The translations under genes were made by a program, and so were the position numbers. A DNA stretch of 64,000 nucleotides from Malacoraja senta (lineage: Eukaryota): positions 19,842,001 to 19,906,000 of the forward strand of contig CM075989.1 in assembly GCA_038087875.1 (NCBI GenBank), given 5' to 3'. The notes beneath the pieces were generated by a model, which had not been told where the DNA came from, did no database searches, and saw only the letters and a program-made list of their open reading frames with translations. Position 1 is the stretch's first letter. Each line of letters opens with the position of its first letter. Below are positions 37,581 through 50,394 of this stretch, in pieces.

Positions 37581-37874
37581 AGCCCCTGACCCACGATGCG
37601 AGTTTACCCAAGAGCTCTCCCGAGTTTAAAAAAAATCAAACTCGTGGTACTTCATCACGAGTATTTTCTTACTCTTGGAAATTTTTCACACTGTTGAAAA
37701 AACTTCACGAGTATCCGCGTTTCCCGAGTACCTGCCGTTAGCATTACGAGCCGCTACAAGACATCCACGAGCTCCGACGTACCCGCTACATACATTCTAC
37801 GTGGTTACCACGAGTTTGATTTTTTTTTAATTCGGGAGAGCTCTTGGGTAAACTCGCATCGTGGGACAGGGGCT
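37581..37874. mobile_element. Harbinger-like MITE (family A-related)
   Basis: Long inverted termini agcccctg(a/t)cccacgatgcgagtttacccaagagctctcccga. Confidence 0.82.
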
Positions 37875-38944
37875 AAACAGTGGTCCATTGTCATTATATG
37901 CTCTTACAGTGTGATCTGTGACTAACACTAAAAGCATAGTTTTGTGGAAGAGGCAACATCAAAATGTTTGAGACACTGGAAACTGAAAAAATACTGAAAA
38001 GAATTGGCAGACAAAAATGCTGGAGAAACTCAGCGGGTGAGGCAGCATCTATGGAGCGAAGGAAATAGGCGACGCTGAAGGGAAGGTTTCTGTGCTGTAT
38101 CTCTAAAACGAAATCCCGAAATGTCACCTTTCCATTTCCTTCAGAGTTGCTGCCTGATCTGCTGTGTTACTCCAGCAATTTGTGTCTATCTTTGGTATAA
38201 ACCAGCATCTGCAATTACTTGTTATTACATATTAAAAATTGATTTTGTTTTCCCAACATGAAATGCAGTATCGGCCATTATTCTGCACGACTTCATAAAT
38301 TTAGTTGGATACTCCGATGTTGTGTTCGTGGGAATAGGTGATGGCCTTCATGGTGTAATGTTCCCATTGAGGCAATGTGGGTCATATTGAACTGGGGCCC
38401 ACTGCCTTCGTCAGTCCAGATACAACTGGGTCTTCCCAATGAATGTTCAACATCTCCTCTTGCATTTGGTGCCTCGTTTACCTGATCCGAGTTCAATCCA
38501 GCATTGTTATGGGAAGTTCCAGTTTTTCTTTGGCAATTACATGTCTCATTTATAGACACATGATAACGTGAATAACGGTTAGTGCAAGTAAAGTCCAAAG
38601 CAAAAGAGTCATCCGAATCTGTGGTGTTCCTCCATCTCCAGTGCACATCAGAGAAAGTTCAGTGTGGTTTCTGCCTTCATGGCAAGCAGCAATGTAGGTC
38701 AGTGTACTAGCAGCATGCGTGGGAAAAGTGTTGTGGATGTGGCGTGGCGTGGGTGTTAATTTGTGCATCGTTGATCTGCTGCACATGTTGCAGGCACATT
38801 TCTGGAATGTTTCGCGTGCTTCCCTGACAACGTGAGGTGTGGTGTGGAGTCCATCCCATGTCCTGAAGGACTTTTTACAGGTGATGTGCAGGATGGCAAG
38901 GAGGGATGGAACCTGGACTTGCCAAGCGCAGCAATGCCCTCTCC

Positions 38945-39613
38945 AGTAGACAATAGATAATAGATGCAGGAGTAGGCCATTCTGCCCTTCGAGCCAGCAC
39001 CGCCATTCATTGTGATCATGGCTGATCATCCACAATCACAACCCCGTTCCTGCCTTCTCCCCATATCCCCTGACCCTTCTATCTTTAAGAACTCTATCTA
39101 ACTCTCTTGAAAGCATCCAGTGAATTGTCCTCCACTGCCTTCTGAGGCAGAGAATTCCACAGATTCATAACCCTCTGTGTGAATTTTTTTATCTCTCATC
39201 CACGTTCTAAATGGCTTACCCCTTATTCTTAAACTGTGGCTCCTGCTTCTGGACTCCCCCAACATCGGGAACATGTTTCCAGCCTCTAGCGTGTCCAAAC
39301 CCTTAATAATTTTATATGTTTCAATAAGACTGCATCTCATCCTTCTAAATTTCAGAGTATACAAGCCCAGCCGCTCCATTCTATCAACATATGACAGTCC
39401 CGCCATCCCGGGAATTAACCACTTGAACCAACGCTGCACTCCCTCAATAGCAAGAATGTCCTTCCTCAACTTTGGAGACCACAACTGCACACAATACTCC
39501 AGGTGTGGTCTCACTAGCGCCCTGTACAACTGCAGAAGGACCTCTTTGCTCCTATATTCAACTCCTTTTGTTATTAAGGCCAACATGCCATTCGCTTTCT
39601 TCACTGCCTGCTG
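38945..39613 (-). mobile_element. CR1 LINE 3' fragment
   Basis: ORF 39098-39604: KKANGMLALITKGVEYRSKEVLLQLYRALVRPHLEYCVQLWSP. Confidence 0.9.
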
Positions 39614-39635
39614 TCCACATCTACTTTATCCAGGG

Positions 39636-39854
39636 TACACAAAAATGCTGGAGAAACTCAGCGGGTGCAGCAGCATCTATGGAGCGAAGGAAATAGGCAA
39701 CGTTTTGGGCCGAAACCCTTCCCCAGTCTGAAGAAGGGTTTCGGCCCGAAATGTTGCCTATTTCCTTCGCTCCATAGATGCTGCTGCACCCGCTGAGTTT
39801 CTCCAGCATTTTTGTGTACCTTCGATTTTCCAGCATCTGCAGTTCCTTCTTAAA
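39636..39854 (+). mobile_element. Penelope-like fold-back module
   Basis: Inverted arms, with a 14-bp target duplication tactttatccaggg (39622-39635 and 39855-39868). Confidence 0.88.
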
Positions 39855-40859
39855 TACTTTATCCAGGGCTTTCTTCCAGGGAACCACCAGGCTCATGAAC
39901 ACTGCATATCCATGAGACTATTTAAAATTCTCTTCAACCCCACTATCGCATTTGCCTCCACCACCATCCCAGCCAGCGCGTTCCAGGCACCAACCACCTT
40001 CAGTGCAAAACCATGCCCTGCACATCTCCTTTAAACTTTGCCCCTTTCACTTTAATGCTAAGTGGCAGCAAGTAAGAATGTCATTGTTCTGTTACCGGTA
40101 CACTCTTTAAACACTCTTGACTCAGATATGGAATCGGTGTGGTAGCGAAAGGGAGGAAATCACATATTCCCTTCAGTTCAGTGTTTACAACAATCTTGGA
40201 GATTTAATAACAGCACAATAAGAAATGGTAGATAAATTTGAAAGGCAGAGGAGTTATTTCTCATAAGAGAATGAAAGGTAGAGACACAAGAAACTGCAGA
40301 TGCTGGATTCTTGAGCAAAATACAAAGTTCTGGAGGAACTCAGTAGGTCAGGCAGCATCTGTGGAGGAACTGGACAGACGACATTTTGAGTTGATACCCT
40401 TCTGTCTGAAGTGTCGTCCTGACCAAAAATGATGTCGGTCTGTTCTCTTCACAGACGCTGCCTGATCTGCTGAGTTCATCCAGCACTTCGTGTTTTTTTG
40501 CTCAAGATTCTGGCATCTGCAGTTTCTTGTGTTTCCATATCTACAAAAGTACGCATAGAGTCATAGAGTGATACAGCGTGGAAACAGGTCCTTTGGCCCA
40601 ACTTACCCACACCGGCCAACATGTCCCATCTACACTTGTCCCACCTGCCTGCATTTGGCCCATTTCCCTCTCAACCTGTCCTATCCATGTACCTGTCTAA
40701 ATGTTTCTTAAACATTGCGATAATAAGGTCAAGAGTGATTTATTGTAAATTGTCCCAGATAGAACGATGGAATTCTCATACTTGCAGGAGCACAGCCGGA
40801 TATGTAAACATATATAATCAACTCTGTAAACAATATAATAAACGGGAAAAAAAAGTTCT

Positions 40860-40941
40860 GTGTGTGTGTATATATATATGAGTATATATATATATATACA
40901 CACACACACACATACCCACATCATATATATATATATGTATG

Positions 40942-41026
<85 letters not shown>

Positions 41027-41062
41027 CTACATCATATATATATATGTATACACACACACATA
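40860..41062. repeat. Compound (TA)n/(CA)n microsatellite
   Basis: About 39 CA units at 40945-41022, with TA runs and a repeated acatacc(c/t)acatcatata spacer. Confidence 0.95.
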
Positions 41063-41769
41063 CAAAAACAAACAAACAATAATAGTGCCTCAACTACCTC
41101 CTCCGGCAGCTCATTCAATACTCCCACTACTCTTTGTGTGAAAAAGTGTGCACATTCAGGTACACAATAGAAGATAGACACAAAATACTGGAGTAACTCA
41201 GTGGGACAGGCAGCATCTCTGGAGAGAAGGAATTCAAAGGGCTTGTTTCCATGCTGTATAGACTCCATGACTTTAACACTCCAAATGCAGCCTCGCCAAC
41301 GTCCCGTACAATGCCATGTGTTCCATGTTTTTTGCTGAGGCATCAGTGTCTCTACTTTGCAATTTGTTTCTAATTTTTCCAAAATGGTTGGCAGCTAATG
41401 AATAACGTGCCTGTATGTCCCGTCCGATCTTGCCTGTGGCTCTGCTTCTCATTCCTTGCCCCATCCTGTGGGCAGTTATAAAAAAAAAGCTGGCAGCTGG
41501 AAATGAAGTCTGGAGAGAGGTGGAAAGTATATATGTGGAAATCCAAAAATAAACAGCAGGTCGGTTGGCATCACAAAATATTTATCTGATCTCTTTCTAA
41601 AGTTGTCCACAGTGCTTAAAGTTCCAAATTCAATTTTCACTTTTTCCTTATAAATCCTGAATTAGCCTCATAGTTTAATTATTAGTTTTTCCTTATTGCG
41701 CAAAGATCTTGCTGTTTTCTTTTAACAATTGGTGCCATCTCTTATGTGTTGGTGGTAACTTTGTTGGTA

Positions 41770-41890
41770 ATCCAATTGAATAAATGTGTTGGGGAACTGG
41801 AGAAGCAGCTGGATGACCTCAGGGCCATCCGGGAAACCGAGAGTTTCCTGGACAAGACCTTCAGTGAGGTTGTCATGCCAATGGTACAGG
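41770..41890 (+). mobile_element. Probable CR1 ORF1 fragment
   Basis: QLNKCVGELEKQLDDLRAIRETESFLDKTFSEVV resembles the coiled-coil segment of CR1 ORF1 (from recall). Confidence 0.55.
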
Positions 41891-43247
41891 AAGAGGGTCA
41901 GGCAGCATCTCTGGAGAAAATGAACAGGTGACGTTTCGGGTCGGGACCCTTCTTCAGAGCGTCACCTATTCATTTCTTTCAGAGAGGCTGCCTGACCTGC
42001 TGAGTTTCTCCAGCATTCCATGGGTATAAACCAGCATCTGCAGTTCTTTTTTATAACATTTAATATGTTCTATAGTGTGTGTTCGTGCATCTAAAAAGCT
42101 GCAAGTTGAGAACTTCCGTGAAAAATCGAGTGCAGTAGTAGGATAACTAATGGTGATTCATTCATTCATTCATTCATTCATTCAGGGGGGAGGAGTCAGT
42201 CTTCAGGTAAGTACAAATGATCACAGGAACTAGATTTCTGAGCAAATTTAACGTGGGTCTGGAATGGCATGAGTTTTTTCCCACGAGTTTGGACAGTTTT
42301 TGAGTTAATTGATCTGAAAAGACCCAAGAAATCTGGCAGATCATTGAGACCAATGTGCTTGATGCAGCAGGCAGTAATGGATGGTGTCATTCAAGTGATG
42401 CAGCGATTAGAACGCTCATTAACTCAATTCCCCTTAGAACTGTTGCAAAAACAAAGTGGGAAAAACAAGAGGTTGGGATTGTTTCTGCGCTATAGAGGCA
42501 CATGAAGGTAAGATTCAAGCATGTCTCGTTGTATTTTTCTGTGTTTTTCTACAACGAGGAGTAAAGTTCCTGTGAATTTAACATTGCGTCCCACATTGTT
42601 TATGCCGTGTTTACCAGTCTGTGCATCCCGACCAAGTCGTTCACTCGCTCCCTCTTTGACTAAGGCAACATAAATAATAAAGAATATAACCTACGGCGGA
42701 AAAAAATAATAAATATGTTGCTTGTGTGAAAAAAATCACAAACTGAACTAATCTAATCCAGTCTGAAGAAGGGTCCCGACCTGAAACGTTGCTTACTATT
42801 CCCCTCACGGATGTTGACCGGCCCGCTGAGTTCCTCCAGCTCTTTGTTTTTTTTACTCAAGATTCCAGCATCTGAGGTTTCTAGATGTTTCTCTGAAAGT
42901 CAGTTTTCTTCGGTGCCCCCCCCCCCCAAAAATACATTTTCTTGACTGATTTTTTTCCCTTAAATTCTTCCTGCCGCTCCTAACTTTTGATGCTGACGGA
43001 CTTAATACTGGTCAGGGTTGAACCTGCTGTTCGTCTTGTTCTTGTACGTTTACACTAAAACATTATTGACTGAGCTGCATTGGTTTATTATTGGTTTATT
43101 ATTGACGTGTGCCGAGGTACAGTTTCTGTTTGCGTGCCGAACGTATCAAATCAAATAATAATATACATGGGTATATTGATGCTGTACATAAGTACAACAG
43201 GTAACAAGTGAAAAATCCCAGAGTGCAGAATAGAGTGTCCGGCGTAA

Positions 43248-43891
43248 AGGGCCTGTCCCACTTAGACTACTTAGACTATTTGTTAGGCGACTACAGGCGT
43301 CTAGGCTGTCGCCACATGGTCGCCAGGGTGTCACCTCTATGGTCGTGAGTCGTCTCCTCAGTTGCCCAAAGAGTCGTAGCGCCTTTTTGGTCGCCGCTGG
43401 ATTTTCAACATATTCTAAAAAAAATTGACTACAGTGGGTTGACGCCAATGAGCGTAGCTTGACTTCTCCTGACGTAGGTTGTCGCCAGGATCACGTAGGT
43501 TGTCGCCGGTGCTGACTGCGGTGAATTCCATTGGCGACTACCTACGCCAACCTACGTCAACCGGCGACAGGTACCGGCGACTGAATAGTCTTCAGTTGTC
43601 TTTAGTTGTCGCCGACAGGGTTGTAGTTTGTCGTAGCTTGTCGCGGATGGACGTAGGTTGACTTCGGTTGTCGCCTGTGTGGTCGTAGGTTGTCGTAGGT
43701 GTGGTCGTAGGTGGACGTCCTAATGGGTCGCCGGTTGTCGGTAGCTTGCCGTAACTTGACGTTGACTTGGTGGTAGGTTGTTGTAGACCTTGTCGTAGAC
43801 ATTGTCGTAAGGGTGACCAGTTGCTGTTTTTTCGGCGACCTGCTACGACTATGACAGTCGCCTAAAAAATCTCCTAAGTGGGACAGGCCCT
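43248..43891. mobile_element. Harbinger-like MITE (family C) with an internal degenerate repeat array
   Basis: agggcctgtcccacttag ... ctaagtgggacaggccct, flanked by taa/tta, with many gtcgtaggt and gtcgcc units inside. Confidence 0.82.
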
Positions 43892-43917
43892 TTATAGTGT
43901 TACAGTGTAGCTTGGAC

Positions 43918-44221
43918 TAGTTTAGAGATACCGCGCATAAAACAGGCCCTTCGGCCCACTGGGTCCGCGCTAACCAGTGATCCCCGCACATTAACACTAT
44001 CCTGCACACACTAGGGACATTTTTTACATTTACCAAGCCAATTAACCTACATACATGTATGTCTTTGGAGTGTGGGAGGAAACCGAAGATCTCAGAGCAA
44101 ACCCACGCAGGTCACGGGGAGAACGTACAAACTCCGTACAGACTAGCACCCGTAGTCGGGATCGAACCCGGGTCTCTGGTGCTGCAAGCGTTGTAAGGCA
44201 GCAACTCTACCACTGCACCAC
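43918..44221 (-). mobile_element. V-SINE, full length
   Basis: Minus-strand B box, V-domain and tail. Confidence 0.85.
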
Positions 44222-45033
44222 CCCATTATGTAGTTACAGAGGAAAAAGTCCATGTCCCACGATAGGGTAGGTTGGAAGATTGGGACTACACCCTAGCTTA
44301 TGAACGACCGTTCATTAGTCTGATAACAGCAAGGAAGAAGCTGTTCTAAATATGAAGGTGCGCGTGCTCAAGTTTTTATATCCTCTACCCAACGGGAGAA
44401 GGGAGAAGAGAGAATGACCAGGATAAGAACGTTTCTTGATTATGTTGGCTATTTCCGGCAGAAGCATGAAGTGTAGATGGATTCTACAATCCTCTGCAAC
44501 TTTTTTGTGGTCTTCATCATCATCATCATCATCATCACATCATTGTTGAAAATATCAATGGGCACGGTGCCTTACAATGCTATGAATCTGGAGGTGTGCG
44601 TTTTCACACTTCTATACCTTTTGCCTGATGGGAGAGGGGAGAAGAGGGAGTGACCGGGGTGTGACTCGTGTTTGATTACACTGCTGGCCTTGCCAAGGCA
44701 GCGTGAAGCGTAAATGGAGTCAATGGGTGGTTGGTTTGTGTGATGGTCTGGGCTGCGTCCGCAGCATCTGTGAACACTAGTTCTATCCTACACACACTAG
44801 GGACAATTTACAATTTTTACCAAAGCCAATTAACCTCAAACCTGTACGTCTTTGGAGTGCGGGAGAAAACCGGAGCAGCCAAAGAAAACCCACGCGGCCA
44901 CAGGGAGAACGTACAAACTCCGTACAGACAGCACCCATAGTCAGGATCCTGGTGCTGTGAGGCAGCAATTCTATTGCTGCACCACCGTACCGCCCCTAAT
45001 TCTGGTACCATAGAGCTCAACAAGTAATCCCTC

Positions 45034-45248
45034 GCGTAGATAGACACAAAATGCTGGAGTAACTCAGCGGGACAGGCAGCATCTCTGGGGAGAAGGAATG
45101 GGTGATGTTTCGGGTCGAGACGCTTCTTCAAATAGTTTAGACCCGAAACATCACCCATTCCGTCTCTCCAGAGATGCTGCCTGTCCCGCTGAGTTACTCC
45201 AGCATTTTGTGTCGAGCTTCGGTTTAAACCAGCATCTGCAGTTCCTAC
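45034..45248 (+). mobile_element. Penelope-like fold-back module
   Basis: 14-bp target duplication acaagtaatccctc (45020-45033 and 45249-45262). Confidence 0.85.
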
Positions 45249-45844
45249 ACAAGTAATCCCTCACACAGGTTTAATCAGCTTTACCTTTTGAGTGCTTCCT
45301 TATGAGCTGAATCGCCAGTTAATCTGGCCAGCGTTATTGATTGACTCAAGCAGTGGACACACATCCTGTAGACACAAGGAAAAGCAGACGCTGGTCTAGA
45401 AAAAAAGGCACAGAGTGCTGGAGTAACTCAGCAGGTCAGGCAGCATCTCTGGGGAACGTGGATGGGTGACGTTTCGGGTGGGGACCATTCTTGAGACTGC
45501 GGAAGTAAAACCTACTGCGGTGGCTTTTTGGAACGTGACTTCCCCCATGATCTGTTCTGAATGTTTCACCTGAATGGCAAATGGCTGGCCCAAAAAAGGG
45601 AACTAGTGGATATATCCCAAAATCTGCAAGAACCTCAGACCGAAATACTTCCCTACTGCAGCTGGAGCTGCGAAACCACTTTGTTAATAATAACTGAAGT
45701 ACAGCACAGTGCGTAGCTGTACATCGCTAATAGGTCTAGAGCTCACGGCAGCAGATATTGCCTCATTTAATTCCAAACAGTTGAAAACCAGATTTAGAAC
45801 ACTCACTGGCTCCATCTTATTCTCTTGCAGTTAGTGTAGTGTAA

Positions 45845-46415
45845 TTTAGTTAATTGTCATGTGTACCAAGGTACAGTAAAAAGCTTTTGTTGCGTGCTAA
45901 CCAGTCAGCAGAAAGAGAATACGTGATTACAATCGAGCCGTCCACAGTGTACAGATACATGATAAAGGGAACAACGTGAATAATGTTTATTGCAGGGTAT
46001 AGCCAGTAAAGTCCAATCAAAGATAGTCCGAGGGTCTCCAATGAGGTGGATAGTAGTTCAGTTATTGCTAGGATGGTTCAGTTGCCTGATAACAGCTGGG
46101 AAGAAACTGTCCCTGAATCTGGAGGTGTGCGTTTTCACACTTCCACCCTTTTTGCCCGATGGGAAAGGGGAGAAGAGGGCGTGACCGATGTGAGACTCGT
46201 CCTTGATTATGCTGCTGGCCTTGCTGAGGCATCGTGAAGTGTAGATGGAGTCAATGGAAGGGAGGTTGGTTTGTGTGATGGTCTGGTCTGCGTCCACAAT
46301 CCACTGTAATTTCTTGCGGTCTTGGATGGAGCTGTTCCCAAACCATGCTGCGATGCATCCCGATAAACTGGTTTGTATGGCGCATCTGTAGAAGTTGGTG
46401 AGAGTTTTGGACATG
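45845..46415 (-). mobile_element. Rex1/Babar 3' fragment
   Basis: TLTNFYRCAIQTSLSGCIAAWFGNSSIQDRKKLQ...KASSIIKDESHIGHALFSPFPSGK...RFRDSFFP, plus the 3' UTR. Confidence 0.85.
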
Positions 46416-47411
46416 AGTATAGGTGTTGACTTAATATTGTCACACGCACAGAGAGATACAGTGAAAAACATTGAGATACAGGGAAGTGCAGATGCTGGTT
46501 TGCAATAGAAGACACAAAGTGCTGGAGTAACTCAACAGTCCAGGCGGCATCTCTGGAGAATATGGATAGGCGACCTTTTGGGTCAGGACCCTTCTTCGGA
46601 CTGATTGAAGTAAAACCTTGTCTTGCGTGCTATCCAGGCAGTTCATGCAAAACTTGAGAACATCAGAATATGATACATAGATACATAGAAAATAGGTGCA
46701 GGAGTAGGCCATTCGGCCCTTCGAGCCTGCACCGCCATTCAATATGATCATGGCTGATCATCCAACTCAGTATCCCGTACCTGCCTTCTCTCCATACCCC
46801 CTGATCCCTTTAGCCACAAGGGCCACATCTAACTCCCTCTTAAATATAGCCAATGAACTGGCCTCAACTACCCTCTGTGGCAGAGAGTTCCACAGATTCA
46901 CCACTCTCTGTGTGAAAAAGTTTTTCCTCATCTCGGTCTTATGTTAGATGTTAGAACTACAGAGGCCCACTCGCTCCAATAGAAACATAGAAACATAGAA
47001 AATAGGTGCACGGGTAGGCCATTCGGCCCTTCGAGCCAGCAATCCAAAATCAGTAACGCATTCCTGATCTTTCTCCATATCCCTTGATTCCTTTAGCCCT
47101 ATCTATATCTAGAGCTATATCTAACTCTCCAATATATTGGTATTGGTTCAATGTTGTTACATGAACTGAGATCCAGTGAAAAGCTTTTGTTTGCATGCTA
47201 TCCAGTCAAATCAAATCATACTATACACAGTTTAATCATACTATAACAGGTAATGCAAAGAGAAAGATGCCAGAGTGCATAAAATAGTTTTATTGCATTA
47301 TAGCATTACCGTTACAAAGAAAAAGTGCAACGGTTGCAATGAGGTAGGTTGGAAGATGGGGTCTACAGTCTGGCTTATGGGTGAACCGTTCAGTAGTGTG
47401 CTAACAGTGGG

Positions 47412-47611
47412 NNNNNNNNNNNNNNNNNNNNNNNNNNNNNNNNNNNNNNNNNNNNNNNNNNNNNNNNNNNNNNNNNNNNNNNNNNNNNNNNNNNNNNNNN
47501 NNNNNNNNNNNNNNNNNNNNNNNNNNNNNNNNNNNNNNNNNNNNNNNNNNNNNNNNNNNNNNNNNNNNNNNNNNNNNNNNNNNNNNNNNNNNNNNNNNNN
47601 NNNNNNNNNNN
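47412..47611. other. Assembly gap (200 N)
   Basis: Run of N. Confidence 1.
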
Positions 47612-47639
47612 GTCTGTATCACATTGGCTTTGCTCCGTG

Positions 47640-47818
47640 TGAATTTCACTCAGACAGCGCTCTCCACACTTGCCCTGCCCCCCGCCGGGCTGGTGAAGGA
47701 GGCGATGTGTGTGTGTGTGTGTTCCACTCTGACAGTCGCCGTTCCGGTTGCCGGTTGTTCAGGCGACTGCCGGCAACTTGACAGTCGCCTGAAAAATCGC
47801 CTAAGTGGGACAGGCCCA
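47640..47818. mobile_element. Harbinger-like MITE right end (left end probably in the gap)
   Basis: Ends tgacagtcgcctgaaaaatcgcctaagtgggacaggccc, like the 43891 end. Confidence 0.65.
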
Positions 47819-47959
47819 TAAGTGTGTAGGATAGAATTGGTGAGGACATGGTGGGCCGAAGAGCTAGTTTACACGTTGTATCCCTAAATTAAACTAAATA
47901 ACCCTAATACTAGTGGGGGGAAAAAACCATAGTCCTTAGTGCAACGAAAGATAGTTCGT

Positions 47960-48220
47960 AGTTGAGGTTAGTGTTGTGCATTGTTCATGAACCTGATGGT
48001 TGTTGGGAAGAAGCTACTCTTGAACCTGGTGGTCATGGTTTCAGGCTCCTGTACCTCCATCCTGATGGTAGTAGCAAGATGAGAGCGTGGCCAGGGTGGT
48101 GTGGGTCTTTGATGATATGAGTTGCCTTTTTGAGACAGTGCTTACTATCGATCTCTTTGATGGTGGGGAGGTTAGGGTACCCGTGATGGACTGGGCAGTG
48201 TTCACCACTCTCTGCAACAT
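47960..48220 (-). mobile_element. Rex1/Babar 3' fragment
   Basis: LQRVVNTAQSITG and CLKKATHIIKDPHHPGHALILLLPSGWRYRSLK. Confidence 0.8.
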
Positions 48221-48830
48221 CCTTTTCCTGTTTTTGCAATGAATGTTAACATTGATGTACTTCAAAAACACTATGTCTTAATGCCACAGTTGTTGTAAAA
48301 ATGAACTGGTAAACAGGTCAATCTTCCATTTCTGGTCCTGCAGTCAGTTTCAATGCGATGAACCATCACCAGACTTGAATGTCTTTGTATTATTCTGATG
48401 CTTGATGCAGTGACTGTTAGAAATGGGTCAGCTAAACCCATCTCTCACATACCACTTAAATAGTCACATTAAAACAAAATATATTTAGAATTACCCAAAG
48501 GAAATCCAGTTCAAACGTCCAGCAGGCAAGAGTAAAACGTTGTTCCATTTAAGAGGCAATTGACTGCAAATTTTAATTTGATTTTGCTTAATGTCGATTT
48601 GAAAATCTCGCAATGTCTTACGTGTCAGGGATTATGTGGAGAAGGCAGGCGAATGGGGCTAGGAGGGAGAGATAGATCAGCCATGATTGAACGGCGGAGT
48701 AAACTTGATGGGTCGAATGGCCTAATTCTACTCCTATTCCTTTTGACCTTATGACGTGTCTTCAAAAGAAGTTTTATAGGAATGATTACATTAGGGTTTG
48801 TAGGAAGGAACTGCAGATGCTGGTTTAAAC

Positions 48831-49213
48831 CAAAGATCCTATAGTGGAGCAAGATAGACCACTCCTGCTAAATGCAATGGGCTGACGTGTAGTACGCAAC
48901 GGAGCGGAACGTGGGCCTTTTTTTCATCCATTTCAGTAACCGGACCCGACCCAACTCGCAGTGTAATCAACGTTGCGGGGGAACAGTTTGTGTTAATAAA
49001 TTATAATTCTGAAAATGAGGAAAAGATTTTTACCAAAGAACTTTATTTTTACGAGGATGTTTCCGTAACCGTCTTCCGTCTTCCTATGGGATCTTTGGTA
49101 CGGAGACGGAAGCTGGTTACGGAAATGGGGCCGAAAATTACCCATGAATCTGCCCATGACCATACTACGTCTTTTTCGTCGAGTGGACTATCTTGCTCGC
49201 TATAGGATCTTTG
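48831..49213. mobile_element. Non-autonomous DNA transposon with an 8-bp target duplication (hAT-like)
   Basis: ~33-bp inverted termini caaagatcctatag..gagcaagatag.ccactc, with duplication gtttaaac (48823-48830 and 49214-49221). It interrupts a Penelope module. Confidence 0.85.
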
Positions 49214-49499
49214 GTTTAAACTGAAGATAGACACAAAGTGCTGGAGTAACTCAGCTGGACAGGCAGCATCGCATTGGGGTCATTTGCACCAGATTCAATA
49301 TTAAGAGCTGGAAGAGATGTGTGTTAGAGCACACCAAAAACATTCTTCTTTTTTAAGGGCATCAAATGCAATTGTCACTTTGCAATATTGTTTGCAAACA
49401 TGTTGTTTTTGTACTTTGTAGTTTAAGAAAATCCAAAATAGTATATTTTTTTACGGGTCTACATTGTGCCATGGGTTGTAAAAATCAAAGCAATTCTCA

Positions 49500-49809
49500 T
49501 TTAGTTTAATTTAGAGATACAGCGTGGAAACAGGCCCTTCGGCCCACCAAGTCGGCGCCGACCGGCGATCCGCGCACACTGACACCATCTTACACACACT
49601 AGGGTTTACACTTTACACTTATAAGCCAATTAAACCTACAAACCTGTACGTCTTTGGAGTGCGGAAGGAAACCGGACACCCGGAAAAAAGCCACGCGGTC
49701 ACGGGGGAGAACGTACAAACTCCGTACAGACAGCACCCGTAGTCAGGATCGAACGCAGGTCTCTTGTGCTGGACGGCAGCAACACTACCCCAGCGCCACT
49801 GTGCCACCC
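49500..49809 (-). mobile_element. V-SINE, full length
   Basis: Minus-strand B box, V-domain and tail. Confidence 0.85.
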
Positions 49810-50394
49810 TGAAAGAGAATCTCGGAAATCCAGAATTACAATAGGAACATTCAAATAGGCTGAATAGGCCTTCATCAGTCTGAAGAATGGTTTCGGCCCG
49901 AAACGTTGCCTATTTCCTTCGCTCCATAGATGTTGCTGCACCCGCTGAGTTTCTCCAGCATTTTTGTCCACCCTCAATTTTCCAGCATCTGCAGTTCCTT
50001 CTTGAACATTAGAGTAGGCTCCTGATTTGCAAGAAAACATATCTACTTTCAGGGCTGCCAACTCTCACGCTTTGAGCGTGAGAATCACGCCCTCAGGCAA
50101 ACTCTCATGCCCTCACGCTGATCAGAAAGTTCTCGCGCTCTGTGGTGAGAAATTCTGTGATCAACGAAAATGTCAAAACTCAGATAAACTGCATGGTCCG
50201 CGGGTGTTGGAGAGCCGGGGCTGAGGGAGGGATGGAAGCAGCGGGCGGATACAGATGCGGGGAGCCAGGCCTGTTGAGTGTTTGCGGGGCTGGCGAGTCG
50301 CTCGCTGCAGTTCCGGCCATGGAGCAGCCCCAGTGCGAGAGTCCCGGGCCGTCGGAAGCGTTGCGCCGCTGCCACGAGAGTCTCTGTGCCGAGG

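Noticed and set aside
38293..38940. Non-repeat stretch with 87-161-aa ORFs
   Set aside because: No recognisable domain or convincing splice boundaries; the longer ORFs begin in a CR1 UTR.
40697..41170. ORFs with CV or HT repeats
   Set aside because: Translation of the (CA)n/(TA)n microsatellite.
42496..42507. 12-nt micro-exon candidate (tag|AGGCACATGAAG|gtaaga)
   Set aside because: Good donor but poor polypyrimidine tract and no branch point; expected by chance in 64 kb.
43430..43860. Possible CRISPR-like or regularly spaced array
   Set aside because: Units are short, degenerate and irregular, with no unique spacers, and lie inside a MITE in a vertebrate genome.
47275..47781. ORFs spanning X runs
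   Set aside because: Artefacts of the 200-N gap.
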